DNA from: Pseudomonadota bacterium
GTDB taxonomy: Bacteria; Pseudomonadota; Alphaproteobacteria; Rhizobiales; Beijerinckiaceae
Length of the DNA stretch: 64,000 bases
Direction: 5' to 3'
Assembly (NCBI GenBank): GCA_021781815.1
Contig: JAJXWB010000020.1
Coordinates: 4,497-68,496 of the forward strand
Shown here: positions 51,103 to 59,059 of the stretch, piece by piece
Numbering within the stretch: position 1 is the stretch's first letter
Layout of the letters: the number at the start of each line of letters is the position of its first letter
Made by a program: the position numbers and the translations under genes
The notes under the pieces: model-generated
The model's input: only the letters and a program-made list of their open reading frames with translations
What the model was told of the DNA's origin: nothing
Database searches by the model: none

Positions 51103-52532
51103 GCGTCCACTCCAATCCAACGACGCCGCAATTCAAGGACAACGCCCACAAGGCCATGGGCGATCCGCAATTACAGCAGGCGATGGGCAAGCTGCGCGCC
51201 GGATTCACCGCGCTGCGGCAGATGGCGATTTCTCGCCTGCCGGAATTCGAGTCGCTGCGCGACAGCGCGCGCGACATCAAGAACCACACGCTCGCCCATC
51301 TCGACCTCTACATCGAGGCCTACGAGAAAAAGGTGACGGAGTCGGGCGGCCACGTGCATTTCGCCCGCACCGCCGGGGAAGCGCGCCAGATCATCGTCGA
51401 CATCTGCAAGACGCGCGGCGCGAAAACCGTGACCAAGGGCAAATCGATGATCTCCGAGGAGATCGCGCTGAACGAGGCGCTGGAGGCCGCCGGCGTCGCG
51501 CCGATCGAGACCGATCTTGGCGAGTACATCATTCAGTTGCGCGGCGAAATTCCTTCCCACATCATCGGCCCGGCCGTGCATCTGACAAAGGAGCAGGTCG
51601 AGGGTGATTTCCGCCGTGTGCATACGCATCTGCCCGTCGACCGCGACCTGCATGAGCCGACGCAACTTCTCACCGAGGCGCGCGGCATATTGCGTGAAAA
51701 GTTTCTGGCGTCCGACATCGGAATCACCGGCGCGAATTTCTTGATCGCAGAGACCGGCACGTCGATCATCGTGACGAACGAGGGCAACGGCGACCTCACG
51801 CAGATTCTGCCGAAATGCCACATCGTCATCGCATCGCTGGAAAAGATAACCCCTACGCTGGAAGACGCCGCGCAACTGCTGCGCGTACTGGCGCGCTCGG
51901 CGACTGGACAGGAGATGAGCGTCTACACGACGCTGTCAACCGGGCCGCGCCGACCTGACGATGTCGACGGCCCCGAGGAATATCACGTCGTGTTGCTCGA
52001 CAACGGACGCTCGTCGATGATCGGCACGCAATTCCAGGACATGCTGCGCTGCATCCGCTGCGGCGCGTGCATGAACCATTGCCCGGTCTATCACGCCGTC
52101 GGCGGCCATGCTTACGGCTGGGTCTATCCGGGGCCGATGGGCGCGGTGCTGACGCCTTCGCTGATCGGCGTCGAGAAGGGCGGACAATTGCCGAACGCCT
52201 CCACCTTCTGCGGGCGCTGCGAATCCGTGTGTCCGATGCGCATTCCCCTGCCCGGCATGATGCGGCATTGGCGCGAGCGAGAATTCGAGCGCCATCTCGA
52301 ACCCTCGCCCGTGCGCTACGGGTTGGGCGTCTGGGCGTTCTTCGCGAAGCGGCCATGGCTCTATGGAGCAGCGACGCGCATCGCCGCCCGCGCGATGGCC
52401 TATTACGCACGCAAGACCGGGCGCTTCGCCGCCCTGCCGTTGGCCTCCGGCTGGACCGACTGGCGCGATTTCCCGGCGCCGGAAGGCGAGACGTTCCAGG
52501 CGAAATGGAAGCGCGAAAGGACAGCAAAATGA
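51099..52532 (+). CDS. lutB: lactate utilization iron-sulfur protein LutB
   Basis: 477 aa. It overlaps lutA by ATGA. The 4Fe-4S motifs are CIRCGACMNHCP and CGRCESVCP. Confidence 0.9.
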   Translation: MSVHSNPTTPQFKDNAHKAMGDPQLQQAMGKLRAGFTALRQMAISRLPEFESLRDSARDIKNHTLAHLDLYIEAYEKKVTESGGHVHFARTAGEARQIIVDICKTRGAKTVTKGKSMISEEIALNEALEAAGVAPIETDLGEYIIQLRGEIPSHIIGPAVHLTKEQVEGDFRRVHTHLPVDRDLHEPTQLLTEARGILREKFLASDIGITGANFLIAETGTSIIVTNEGNGDLTQILPKCHIVIASLEKITPTLEDAAQLLRVLARSATGQEMSVYTTLSTGPRRPDDVDGPEEYHVVLLDNGRSSMIGTQFQDMLRCIRCGACMNHCPVYHAVGGHAYGWVYPGPMGAVLTPSLIGVEKGGQLPNASTFCGRCESVCPMRIPLPGMMRHWREREFERHLEPSPVRYGLGVWAFFAKRPWLYGAATRIAARAMAYYARKTGRFAALPLASGWTDWRDFPAPEGETFQAKWKRERTAK

Positions 52533-53206
52533 GCGAGGCGCGCGACGAAATCCTGGGCTTGCTCCGCCGCTCGCTGCACGTCTCCGGCGCCGAGGCGCCG
52601 CGCCGCGCCGCCGTGCAATCCCGTCTCGCCGGAGCGCCGCGCGGCGTGATCCCCGCGCGCGGGCAGCTTGACCGCGCAGGCCGCGTGGCGTTGTTCACGC
52701 AAATGGCGCAGGCCGCGTTCGCCAGCGTCGCGGTGGCGCCCGGCCCCGCCGACGTTCCGGCCGAAGCAGCGCGCTGGCTGCGCGACAACAATCTGCCCGC
52801 GAGCCTTCGCATGGGCGCGGACCTGAGGCTCAAGGCCATGCCGTGGGCCGGCACAGCGCTGGAGATTGCGACCGGAAGGTCCGACGGACGCGATCTCAAC
52901 GCGATCTCGCACGCCTTCGCCGGCGTCGCGGAATCCGGCACGCTGTTCCTGACCTCGGGACCGGAAAATCCCACGACGCTGAATTTCCTCCCGGACAATC
53001 ACATCGTCGTGGTCTCGGCCGCCGATATCGAAGGCGATTACGAGAGCGTGTTCGAGCGTCTGCGCACGAGTTTCGGCAAGGGCCTGATGCCGCGCACCGT
53101 CAACATGATCACAGGCCCGTCGCGCTCCGCCGACATCGCGCAGACCATGCTGCTGGGCGCTCACGGGCCGAGAAAATTGCATATCGTGATCGTCGACGCC
53201 GCCTGA
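52529..53206 (+). CDS. lutC: lactate utilization protein LutC (LUD domain)
   Basis: The ATG at 52529 overlaps the lutB stop (ATGA). The 225-aa product starts MSEARDEILGLLRRSL. It sits in the third position of a lutABC/ykgEFG-type operon. Confidence 0.85.
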   Translation: MSEARDEILGLLRRSLHVSGAEAPRRAAVQSRLAGAPRGVIPARGQLDRAGRVALFTQMAQAAFASVAVAPGPADVPAEAARWLRDNNLPASLRMGADLRLKAMPWAGTALEIATGRSDGRDLNAISHAFAGVAESGTLFLTSGPENPTTLNFLPDNHIVVVSAADIEGDYESVFERLRTSFGKGLMPRTVNMITGPSRSADIAQTMLLGAHGPRKLHIVIVDAA

Positions 53207-53249
53207 AGCCGCCCTATTTCCGTGTGCCGGGCGACGACAGGAGGCGATC

Positions 53250-53435
53250 ATGGCGAAGAAAAAGGCGCCGCGTAAATTCGCGCCGACAGCGAGCCGTCAC
53301 GGCGGCGCGCAGGAACGACTCGACGAAGGCCTGCGCGAAACGTTTCCGGCGAGCGACGCCAGTCAGGAAACCCAGCCAGGCGGCGGGATCACCGGCAACG
53401 AACCGCCGCCAGCCGGTCAAAAGGGCGGGAGATAA
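53250..53435 (+). CDS. small hypothetical protein (61 aa)
   Basis: MAKKKAPRKF...LRETFPASDASQE.... I recall the TFPASD motif from small alphaproteobacterial proteins, but this is unverified. AGGAGG lies about 8 nt upstream. Confidence 0.45.
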   Translation: MAKKKAPRKFAPTASRHGGAQERLDEGLRETFPASDASQETQPGGGITGNEPPPAGQKGGR

Positions 53436-53544
53436 GGCCTTTATCAATGTTTTTACCTCAATTTCTTTTTGAAACCGCCGCGTTCGCGGCATATTGAGAC
53501 GCCCAGAACCGGCTGCTGCCCGCCGCCGATGGCCCGGACGACAC

Positions 53545-54924
53545 ATGAAGAATTCCATCCAGATGTTTGTCCGCGGCGCATGCGCCGCACTTCTGATCGC
53601 CCTCGCGCCGGGCCAGGCGTTCGCACAGACCCCATCGATCGTGACGACGCCGGTCGCGCCGCAGCCGTCCGCGCCCGCCCCGGCGGCGCCAGTTATTTCG
53701 GCGACGGCGCCGCCATCGCCCGCCCCGGCGGTCCCACTGCCGACGACCGTTCCGGGTCTGCCGCCCGCAACCGCCGGCGCCGCAGCGCCCGCCACGGCTG
53801 CAAAGCCCAAACCGAAGCCGCGGCCGCCGATCCGCGAATGGGCGCTCTCGAACGATCCGACGCCGTCTTTCCAGCCGGAAACGTTCTATGCCACAGCGAA
53901 GGCCTCGGAGCGCTACGCGGCGATCGCCGACGCCGGCGGCTGGCCGGTCGTGCCTGCGGCTGTCGGGCCAGGCGCACGCGGCGTCGCGGTCGCCGCCCTG
54001 CGCAAGCGGCTGGAGGTGGAAGGCGATCCGTCCGAAGCAGTTCCGCCCGGCAACGTCTGGGACGCGCGGCTCGCCGCCGCCGTGAAACATTTTCAGGCGC
54101 GAAACGGATTGCGCGAGACGGGCGTGGTCTCCGGCGCGACGCTGCGCGCGATCAACGTGCCGGCGCGGGTCCGTTTCAAGCAGCTCGCCTCGTCGTCGCA
54201 GCGTCTCGCCGGCGTCAACTTTTCCTTCGGCGAGCGCTATGTCGTCGTAAATATTCCTTCGGCGGCAGTCGAGGCGGTCGAGAACGGCCGCGTGGCGAAG
54301 CGCTATGTCGCCGTCGTCGGCGACGTCGAGCACCAGTCGCCGGAAGTTGAGGCGAAGATCACCGCCATCAATCTCAACCCGACCTGGACGCTGCCGAATT
54401 CGATCATCAAGAACGAAATCATCCCGAAGATGCGAAAGGATCCTGGCTATCTTTCGCGGTCGAAAATCCGCATTCTCGATGGTCACGGAACCGAGATCGA
54501 TCCGCGCTCGATCAACTGGTCAACAGAAAAGGCGACGAATTACACGCTGCGGCAGGATTCCGGGACTCACAACGCGCTCGGCTCGATCCGAATACAAATG
54601 AATAACAAATATGCAGTCTACATGCACGATACGCCGTCGAAGGGATACTTCGGCCGCGACTATCGGTTTCTGTCGCATGGATGCGTTCGCGTGCAGGGCG
54701 TGTACGATCTCGCGGCCTGGTTGCTCCGGGATTCCGGCGGAGACTGGACGGCCGCCGAATTGATGGCGCAAATCGGCCACGAGCGCGAGGATCTGCGGCT
54801 GGTGAAGCCGGTGCCCGTGATCTGGGTCTACATGACCGGCTGGGCGTCGGCCGACGGCGCCGTCCGTTTCGCCGACGATGTCTATCAAGTCGACACAATC
54901 GGGGTTCAGGCGGATGCGCGCTGA
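53545..54924 (+). CDS. L,D-transpeptidase with peptidoglycan-binding domain (YcbB-like)
   Basis: Has a signal peptide (MKNSIQMFVRGACAALLIALAPGQAFA) and a Pro/Ala linker. A PG-binding repeat is present (VAALRKRLEVEGD...AAVKHFQARNGL). The catalytic motif is MHDTPSKGYFGRDYRFLSHGCVRV. Confidence 0.85.
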   Translation: MKNSIQMFVRGACAALLIALAPGQAFAQTPSIVTTPVAPQPSAPAPAAPVISATAPPSPAPAVPLPTTVPGLPPATAGAAAPATAAKPKPKPRPPIREWALSNDPTPSFQPETFYATAKASERYAAIADAGGWPVVPAAVGPGARGVAVAALRKRLEVEGDPSEAVPPGNVWDARLAAAVKHFQARNGLRETGVVSGATLRAINVPARVRFKQLASSSQRLAGVNFSFGERYVVVNIPSAAVEAVENGRVAKRYVAVVGDVEHQSPEVEAKITAINLNPTWTLPNSIIKNEIIPKMRKDPGYLSRSKIRILDGHGTEIDPRSINWSTEKATNYTLRQDSGTHNALGSIRIQMNNKYAVYMHDTPSKGYFGRDYRFLSHGCVRVQGVYDLAAWLLRDSGGDWTAAELMAQIGHEREDLRLVKPVPVIWVYMTGWASADGAVRFADDVYQVDTIGVQADAR

Positions 54925-54987
54925 TCCGGCGGCCGACTTGCGCCTGCTCGCTTGCAGGCCCATATCTTCGGGTCGGAGGAGATTGCC

Positions 54988-55230
54988 ATGCGCTCTATGA
55001 TTGGACTCGTGACGATTGCGTTGATGGCGAGCTTCGTGAGCGCGCCAGCCTCGGCGCACCATCGTCGGCATCACCGTCGGCATGCCGCTGGCGCGCCGTA
55101 CGCCGCGGTCGCGCCGCGGGCCGCTCGCGTTTGTGTGCCATTGTGTACGACGGACGTAACGCCGTGCGACCCGATCGAATACAAGCTGGCGGACGGGCGC
55201 TGCACCAATCCGCTGATGATGAATTTCTGA
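54988..55230 (+). CDS. small exported His/Arg- and Cys-rich protein (80 aa)
   Basis: Has a signal peptide with an AxA site (MRSMIGLVTIALMASFVSAPASA). The mature N-terminus is HHRRHHRRH, and there are four Cys (VCVPLC...PC...GRC). No family recognised. Confidence 0.45.
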   Translation: MRSMIGLVTIALMASFVSAPASAHHRRHHRRHAAGAPYAAVAPRAARVCVPLCTTDVTPCDPIEYKLADGRCTNPLMMNF

Positions 55231-55862
55231 CCGCGCCCCGTCCCAGGTTTCAGAACCGCGTCGACCCGTTCGGCGAAATCCTGTTTGCGCCGGAGCGCGG
55301 GCGTTTCTTCGGCAATCGCGGCGGGCGCTTCCACCGTGAGGACGGCGCTCTTGGACCGGCGCGCTGGACGTCGCGGCGATGGATCGCCTGCCTGTGCGCA
55401 TTCAAGGGGCGGCGCAAACAGGTGTTCGGCTCAGGCTATACGGATCTCTTCTTCCTCGACGAACCGACGGCGCTCGCCGCGGGACACAGGCCGTGCTTCG
55501 AATGTCGGCGCGAGCGGGCGACCGCGTTCGTCCGCGCCATCGACCCGACCGGCGCTCTGCGTGCGCCGGCCCTCGACGCGCAACTTGATCGAGAGCGGCG
55601 CGACGGCCGCAACAAGCGCATGCATCCGCTCCCGGTCGATGATCTGCCGGACGGTGCGATGTTCGCCGAGGGCGGCTGGGCCTTCGCCATCCGCGGCGAC
55701 GCGGTCCTGCCATGGTCCTTCGCCGGCTATGGGACGCCAATTGAACGGCCGCGCGGATCGCGGGTTGCGGCGCTGACCCCGCCGACATCCCTGCGCGCGC
55801 TGGCGAATGGCTACCACCCGGAATGGGCCGGCCTCGAAGAAGCCCCGCAGCTACATCCCTGA
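55227..55862 (+). CDS. hypothetical protein of unrecognised family; start codon unresolved
   Basis: This is the C-terminal ~210 aa of track ORF 54681..55862 and reads like real protein (RFQNRVDPFGEILFAPERGRFFGNRG...LFFLDEPTALAAGHRPCFECRRERA). The nearest in-frame canonical starts are GTG at 55164 and 55143. Only a CTG (55227) lies near the protein-like N-terminus. Confidence 0.55.
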   Translation: MTAPRPRFQNRVDPFGEILFAPERGRFFGNRGGRFHREDGALGPARWTSRRWIACLCAFKGRRKQVFGSGYTDLFFLDEPTALAAGHRPCFECRRERATAFVRAIDPTGALRAPALDAQLDRERRDGRNKRMHPLPVDDLPDGAMFAEGGWAFAIRGDAVLPWSFAGYGTPIERPRGSRVAALTPPTSLRALANGYHPEWAGLEEAPQLHP

Positions 55863-55925
55863 CGCGACGCCATTCCTGATCCGGGAGAGCGACGTTGCGA
55901 TCCACACCGCCAGACGTCGCCGAAG

Positions 55926-57188
55926 TCAGTTCGCCGCCAGATTCATCGTCGCCGCCAGCAAATCGGTCTGCGTGATCAGGCCGACCACGTGTCGGTCCGG
56001 ATCAATGATCGCCGCCCCATGCGCGCGGCCATCCGACAATCGAGCGATGAGTTCGAGCGCCGGGCTGTCCGGCCAAGCCGTCACCGCCTTTTTCATGACA
56101 CTGGCGACCAACGCCTCGTCTTCGGTCAAATCCACCAATTCCGCCATACCAACGAGGATTCCGACGCGATTGACCACCGGCAGGATGCGCAACCCGCGTT
56201 CGTGCATGATTTCGCGCGCATCCGCGCAGGTGGCGTATTGTTCGGTCGAAATGACGTCTCGCGACATGATGTCGGCGCAAGAGAGCGAACCGCGCCGCCG
56301 CGCCAGAGCGTGCAACTGCACCTCCTGCACGAGCCTCTTCAGATCGTCGCGGTCAATGTCGAACGTCTCATGCAACTGGGCCAGCGCTGCGTCGATGTCC
56401 TCGTCCTGAAGGCCCGAGCGCAGGTCAGGCGCGGGATCGGACGTTGCGTGCGCGGCGATGCTGACGGCCGGCCGGTGCGGATAGACATGGCCGCTGAAGC
56501 GATGAAACAGCCAGGCGCATGCAACCATCAGGCAGGAATTCAATCCGACAGGCTGCAAGGCGAATTGATAGGGAAGCGACTGCGGATGATGCGACGCCAG
56601 GACGGTCAGCAGCGCTGCCGCTCCGCCCGGCGGATGCAGACTCCGTGTCAGCGTCATCGCCCCGATGGCGAGGCCAACCGCCAGGCCGGTCGCCAGGAAG
56701 GGGTCGGCGACATATCGTCCAACAGCGATGCCGATCAGGGCAGACAGCATGTTGCCGACGATTACCGACCAGGGCTGGGCGAGTGGGCTTGCCGGAACGG
56801 CGAACAACAATACGGCCGAAGCGCCCATCGGCGCGACGATCAGGGGCAGGCGTGGGCCGGCCGGCGTGGCCACCCACCACGACAGGAATCCGGCTGCGCA
56901 TATGGCCAGCATCGCGCCGACGCTCGCCAAGCTTCGGTCGCGCGGCGTCCAGCCCGCGAGGCGCGGGGTGAACCGCCTGAACCGAAGGCGCCAGCGGCCG
57001 ATGACGTTGGTGTCGTTCAATATCGCTCCCGTGGGACGTAACCGGCGCACAGGGCCGCCGTCGCCGCGATCCAGTCGCCGCAAACGACGCGCAGGCAGCA
57101 ACGCCGCAGCAATGGCGGCGCCGAATGCGCAGCCAGCCACAACGAAATGCTTGCGCACGCGATGCCGGGCGACGAATCGCCACGCCAT
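55926..57188 (-). CDS. HPP-family membrane protein fused to a CBS-domain pair
   Basis: 420 aa. The central polytopic region contains the SLHPPGGAAAL motif (HPP). The C-terminus has two CBS repeats (IMSRDVISTEQ... and ...AAIIDPDRHVVGLITQTDLL). The start is not verified. Confidence 0.8.
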   Translation of the reverse strand: MAWRFVARHRVRKHFVVAGCAFGAAIAAALLPARRLRRLDRGDGGPVRRLRPTGAILNDTNVIGRWRLRFRRFTPRLAGWTPRDRSLASVGAMLAICAAGFLSWWVATPAGPRLPLIVAPMGASAVLLFAVPASPLAQPWSVIVGNMLSALIGIAVGRYVADPFLATGLAVGLAIGAMTLTRSLHPPGGAAALLTVLASHHPQSLPYQFALQPVGLNSCLMVACAWLFHRFSGHVYPHRPAVSIAAHATSDPAPDLRSGLQDEDIDAALAQLHETFDIDRDDLKRLVQEVQLHALARRRGSLSCADIMSRDVISTEQYATCADAREIMHERGLRILPVVNRVGILVGMAELVDLTEDEALVASVMKKAVTAWPDSPALELIARLSDGRAHGAAIIDPDRHVVGLITQTDLLAATMNLAAN

Positions 57189-57328
57189 CCTGATCCCCCT
57201 GCCGCCGGCCGGATCAATCCATCGACGATCACATTCTTATTTGTGAATTCGTACCACGGGCCGCATCGCATCGCAATTGAGCAATACGGCGCCTCGTCAG
57301 GCGACCGCGCGAGATCAGCCGCGCCGGA

Positions 57329-57700
57329 TCAGTTCACCCGGGTCCAACTGACGCTTCTGCAAATCAGTCCGCCGAACACGCATCCCTTTGTCGTCATGCT
57401 CGAACCGGACACTGTCGCCTTGCCTGCATAGACCTTGCCGTCCTCCGGATTGAAGGCGGAACCTACCCATCCGTCGCCATCGGGCTTCATGTCGTAAAAT
57501 ACGCGCTGACCGACCTTGCTCGCCGCCGTCGCCGGATTCTTCAGCCAGCTCACAATGCCGCAAACAGCAGTCCCGCCGCAGGACGAGAATCGGATGCGCG
57601 ATTCGCCATTGTCACGTTGCCAGACGCCGACGAGGTCGGCAGCCATCGCCTGCCCCGCAATCAGGAATGCGCCGAAGAAGACCGCCTTGAACACCCGCAT
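57329..57700 (-). CDS. DUF2147-family exported protein
   Basis: 123 aa with a signal peptide (MRVFKAVFFGAFLIAGQAMA). The mature part reads DLVGVWQRDNGESRIRFSSCGGTAVCG...GSAFNPEDGKVYAGK. The family call is from memory. Confidence 0.7.
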   Translation of the reverse strand: MRVFKAVFFGAFLIAGQAMAADLVGVWQRDNGESRIRFSSCGGTAVCGIVSWLKNPATAASKVGQRVFYDMKPDGDGWVGSAFNPEDGKVYAGKATVSGSSMTTKGCVFGGLICRSVSWTRVN

Positions 57701-57789
57701 TGCGTCCTCCCTCGGACCCGCTTATCGACTGGTTCGGCTCCAGTGAATCGTCGAGCCGCAAACCTGTCAATCCGCCAGCGAGCGCGCCG

Positions 57790-58938
57790 ATGCATTTCGC
57801 CCTTTCGGAAGAAGAGATCCTGATCCGCGACACGGCGCGGCGTATGGCCGCCGACCGGCTGGCGCCGCACGCCGAGGCGCTCGACCGCGGCGAAGGCCGA
57901 GCGCATCTGCTCGACAATCTGCGAGAACTGGCGCGCAACGGCTTTGCGACGTTGAACGCGCCGGCCGAATTCGGCGGCGCGGAGGCCGGCGCTGTCTCCT
58001 TCGCCTTGTCGATCGAGGAATTCGGCTACGCCTGCGCCTCGACAGCCGTCACCCTGTCGGTCACCAATATGGTGGCGGAGGTCATCAACGCCGTCGCGTC
58101 GCCCGAACAGAAGGCCGCAACGCTGCCGAAGCTCGCCGACGGAACGTGGGCCGCCGGCGCCTTCTGCCTCACGGAATCGGGCGCTGGCTCCGACCCTTCG
58201 TCGATGCGGCTTCGTGCGCGAAAGGACGGCGCCGACTATGTGCTCGATGGCGAGAAGATCTACATCACTTCGGCCGAGTACGCCGGAATCTTCGTCGTCT
58301 GGGCGGTGACCGATCCTGACGCGCCGCGCGGAAAAGGGATTTCCCTGTTCCTCGTGCCGGCGGACACGAAGGGTCTGACGATCGGCAAGGCCGAGCGCAA
58401 GCTCGGACAGCACGGGTCGGCGACAAACAGCGTGATCTTCGAGGCGTGCCGCGTGCCGGCGTCCGCCCTGATGGGCCGCGAGAACGACGGATTTCGCGTC
58501 GCCGTCGGCGAACTGGCCGGCGGCCGTATCGGCATAGCCGCCCTTTCGCTCGGGATCGCGCGCGCGGCGATGGACAAGGCCACGAGCTACGTGAAGGAGC
58601 GCAGGCAGTTCGGCCGGCCGATCGCCGACTTCCAGGGCCTGCAATGGATGATCGCGGACCGCGCGACCGATCTGGAGGCCGCGCGCCTGCTGATCCTCAG
58701 CGCGGCGGCGACCAAGGATCGCGGCGAGCCCTACGCCAGGCAGGCGTCGATGGCGAAGCTCTTCGCCTCCGAGGCGGCGCATCGCGCCACCGACACTGCC
58801 GTGCAATTGTTCGGCGGCGCGGGCTATATTGCGGACGCAGGCGTCGAGCGCCATTTGCGCGACGCCCGAATCACGCGCATTTATGAGGGAACCTCGGAAA
58901 TCCAGCGGCTTGTGATCGCGCGCGAAACACTCAGGTAG
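57790..58938 (+). CDS. acyl-CoA dehydrogenase
   Basis: 382 aa from the ATG at 57790 (MHFALSEEEILIRD). Contains GAFCLTESGAGSDP and the C-terminal signature RITRIYEGTSEIQRLVIAR. Confidence 0.9.
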   Translation: MHFALSEEEILIRDTARRMAADRLAPHAEALDRGEGRAHLLDNLRELARNGFATLNAPAEFGGAEAGAVSFALSIEEFGYACASTAVTLSVTNMVAEVINAVASPEQKAATLPKLADGTWAAGAFCLTESGAGSDPSSMRLRARKDGADYVLDGEKIYITSAEYAGIFVVWAVTDPDAPRGKGISLFLVPADTKGLTIGKAERKLGQHGSATNSVIFEACRVPASALMGRENDGFRVAVGELAGGRIGIAALSLGIARAAMDKATSYVKERRQFGRPIADFQGLQWMIADRATDLEAARLLILSAAATKDRGEPYARQASMAKLFASEAAHRATDTAVQLFGGAGYIADAGVERHLRDARITRIYEGTSEIQRLVIARETLR

Positions 58939-58981
58939 CCGGCGCTCGCCATGTGCGGTCGCGCCGCACCGGCGCCACGTG

Positions 58982-59000
58982 CATGCTGCATTGCAGCATG
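58982..59000. promoter_or_regulatory. perfect 19-bp palindrome (candidate operator or hairpin) upstream of pat
   Basis: CATGCTGCA-t-TGCAGCATG, read directly from the sequence. It lies 44 nt after the acyl-CoA dehydrogenase stop and 60 nt before the pat ATG. No T tract follows it. Confidence 0.3.
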
Positions 59001-59059
59001 ATACCATTACAAAGTTTGAGCGCGCCGGCGGGGCGCGCCGATTCGATTGAGGCATCGCC

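Noticed and set aside
52067-52528. Upstream part of the 379-aa ORF 52067..53206
   Set aside because: It overlaps lutB in another frame and is Arg-rich. The ATG at 52529 forms an ATGA junction with the lutB stop and gives a normal-length LutC.
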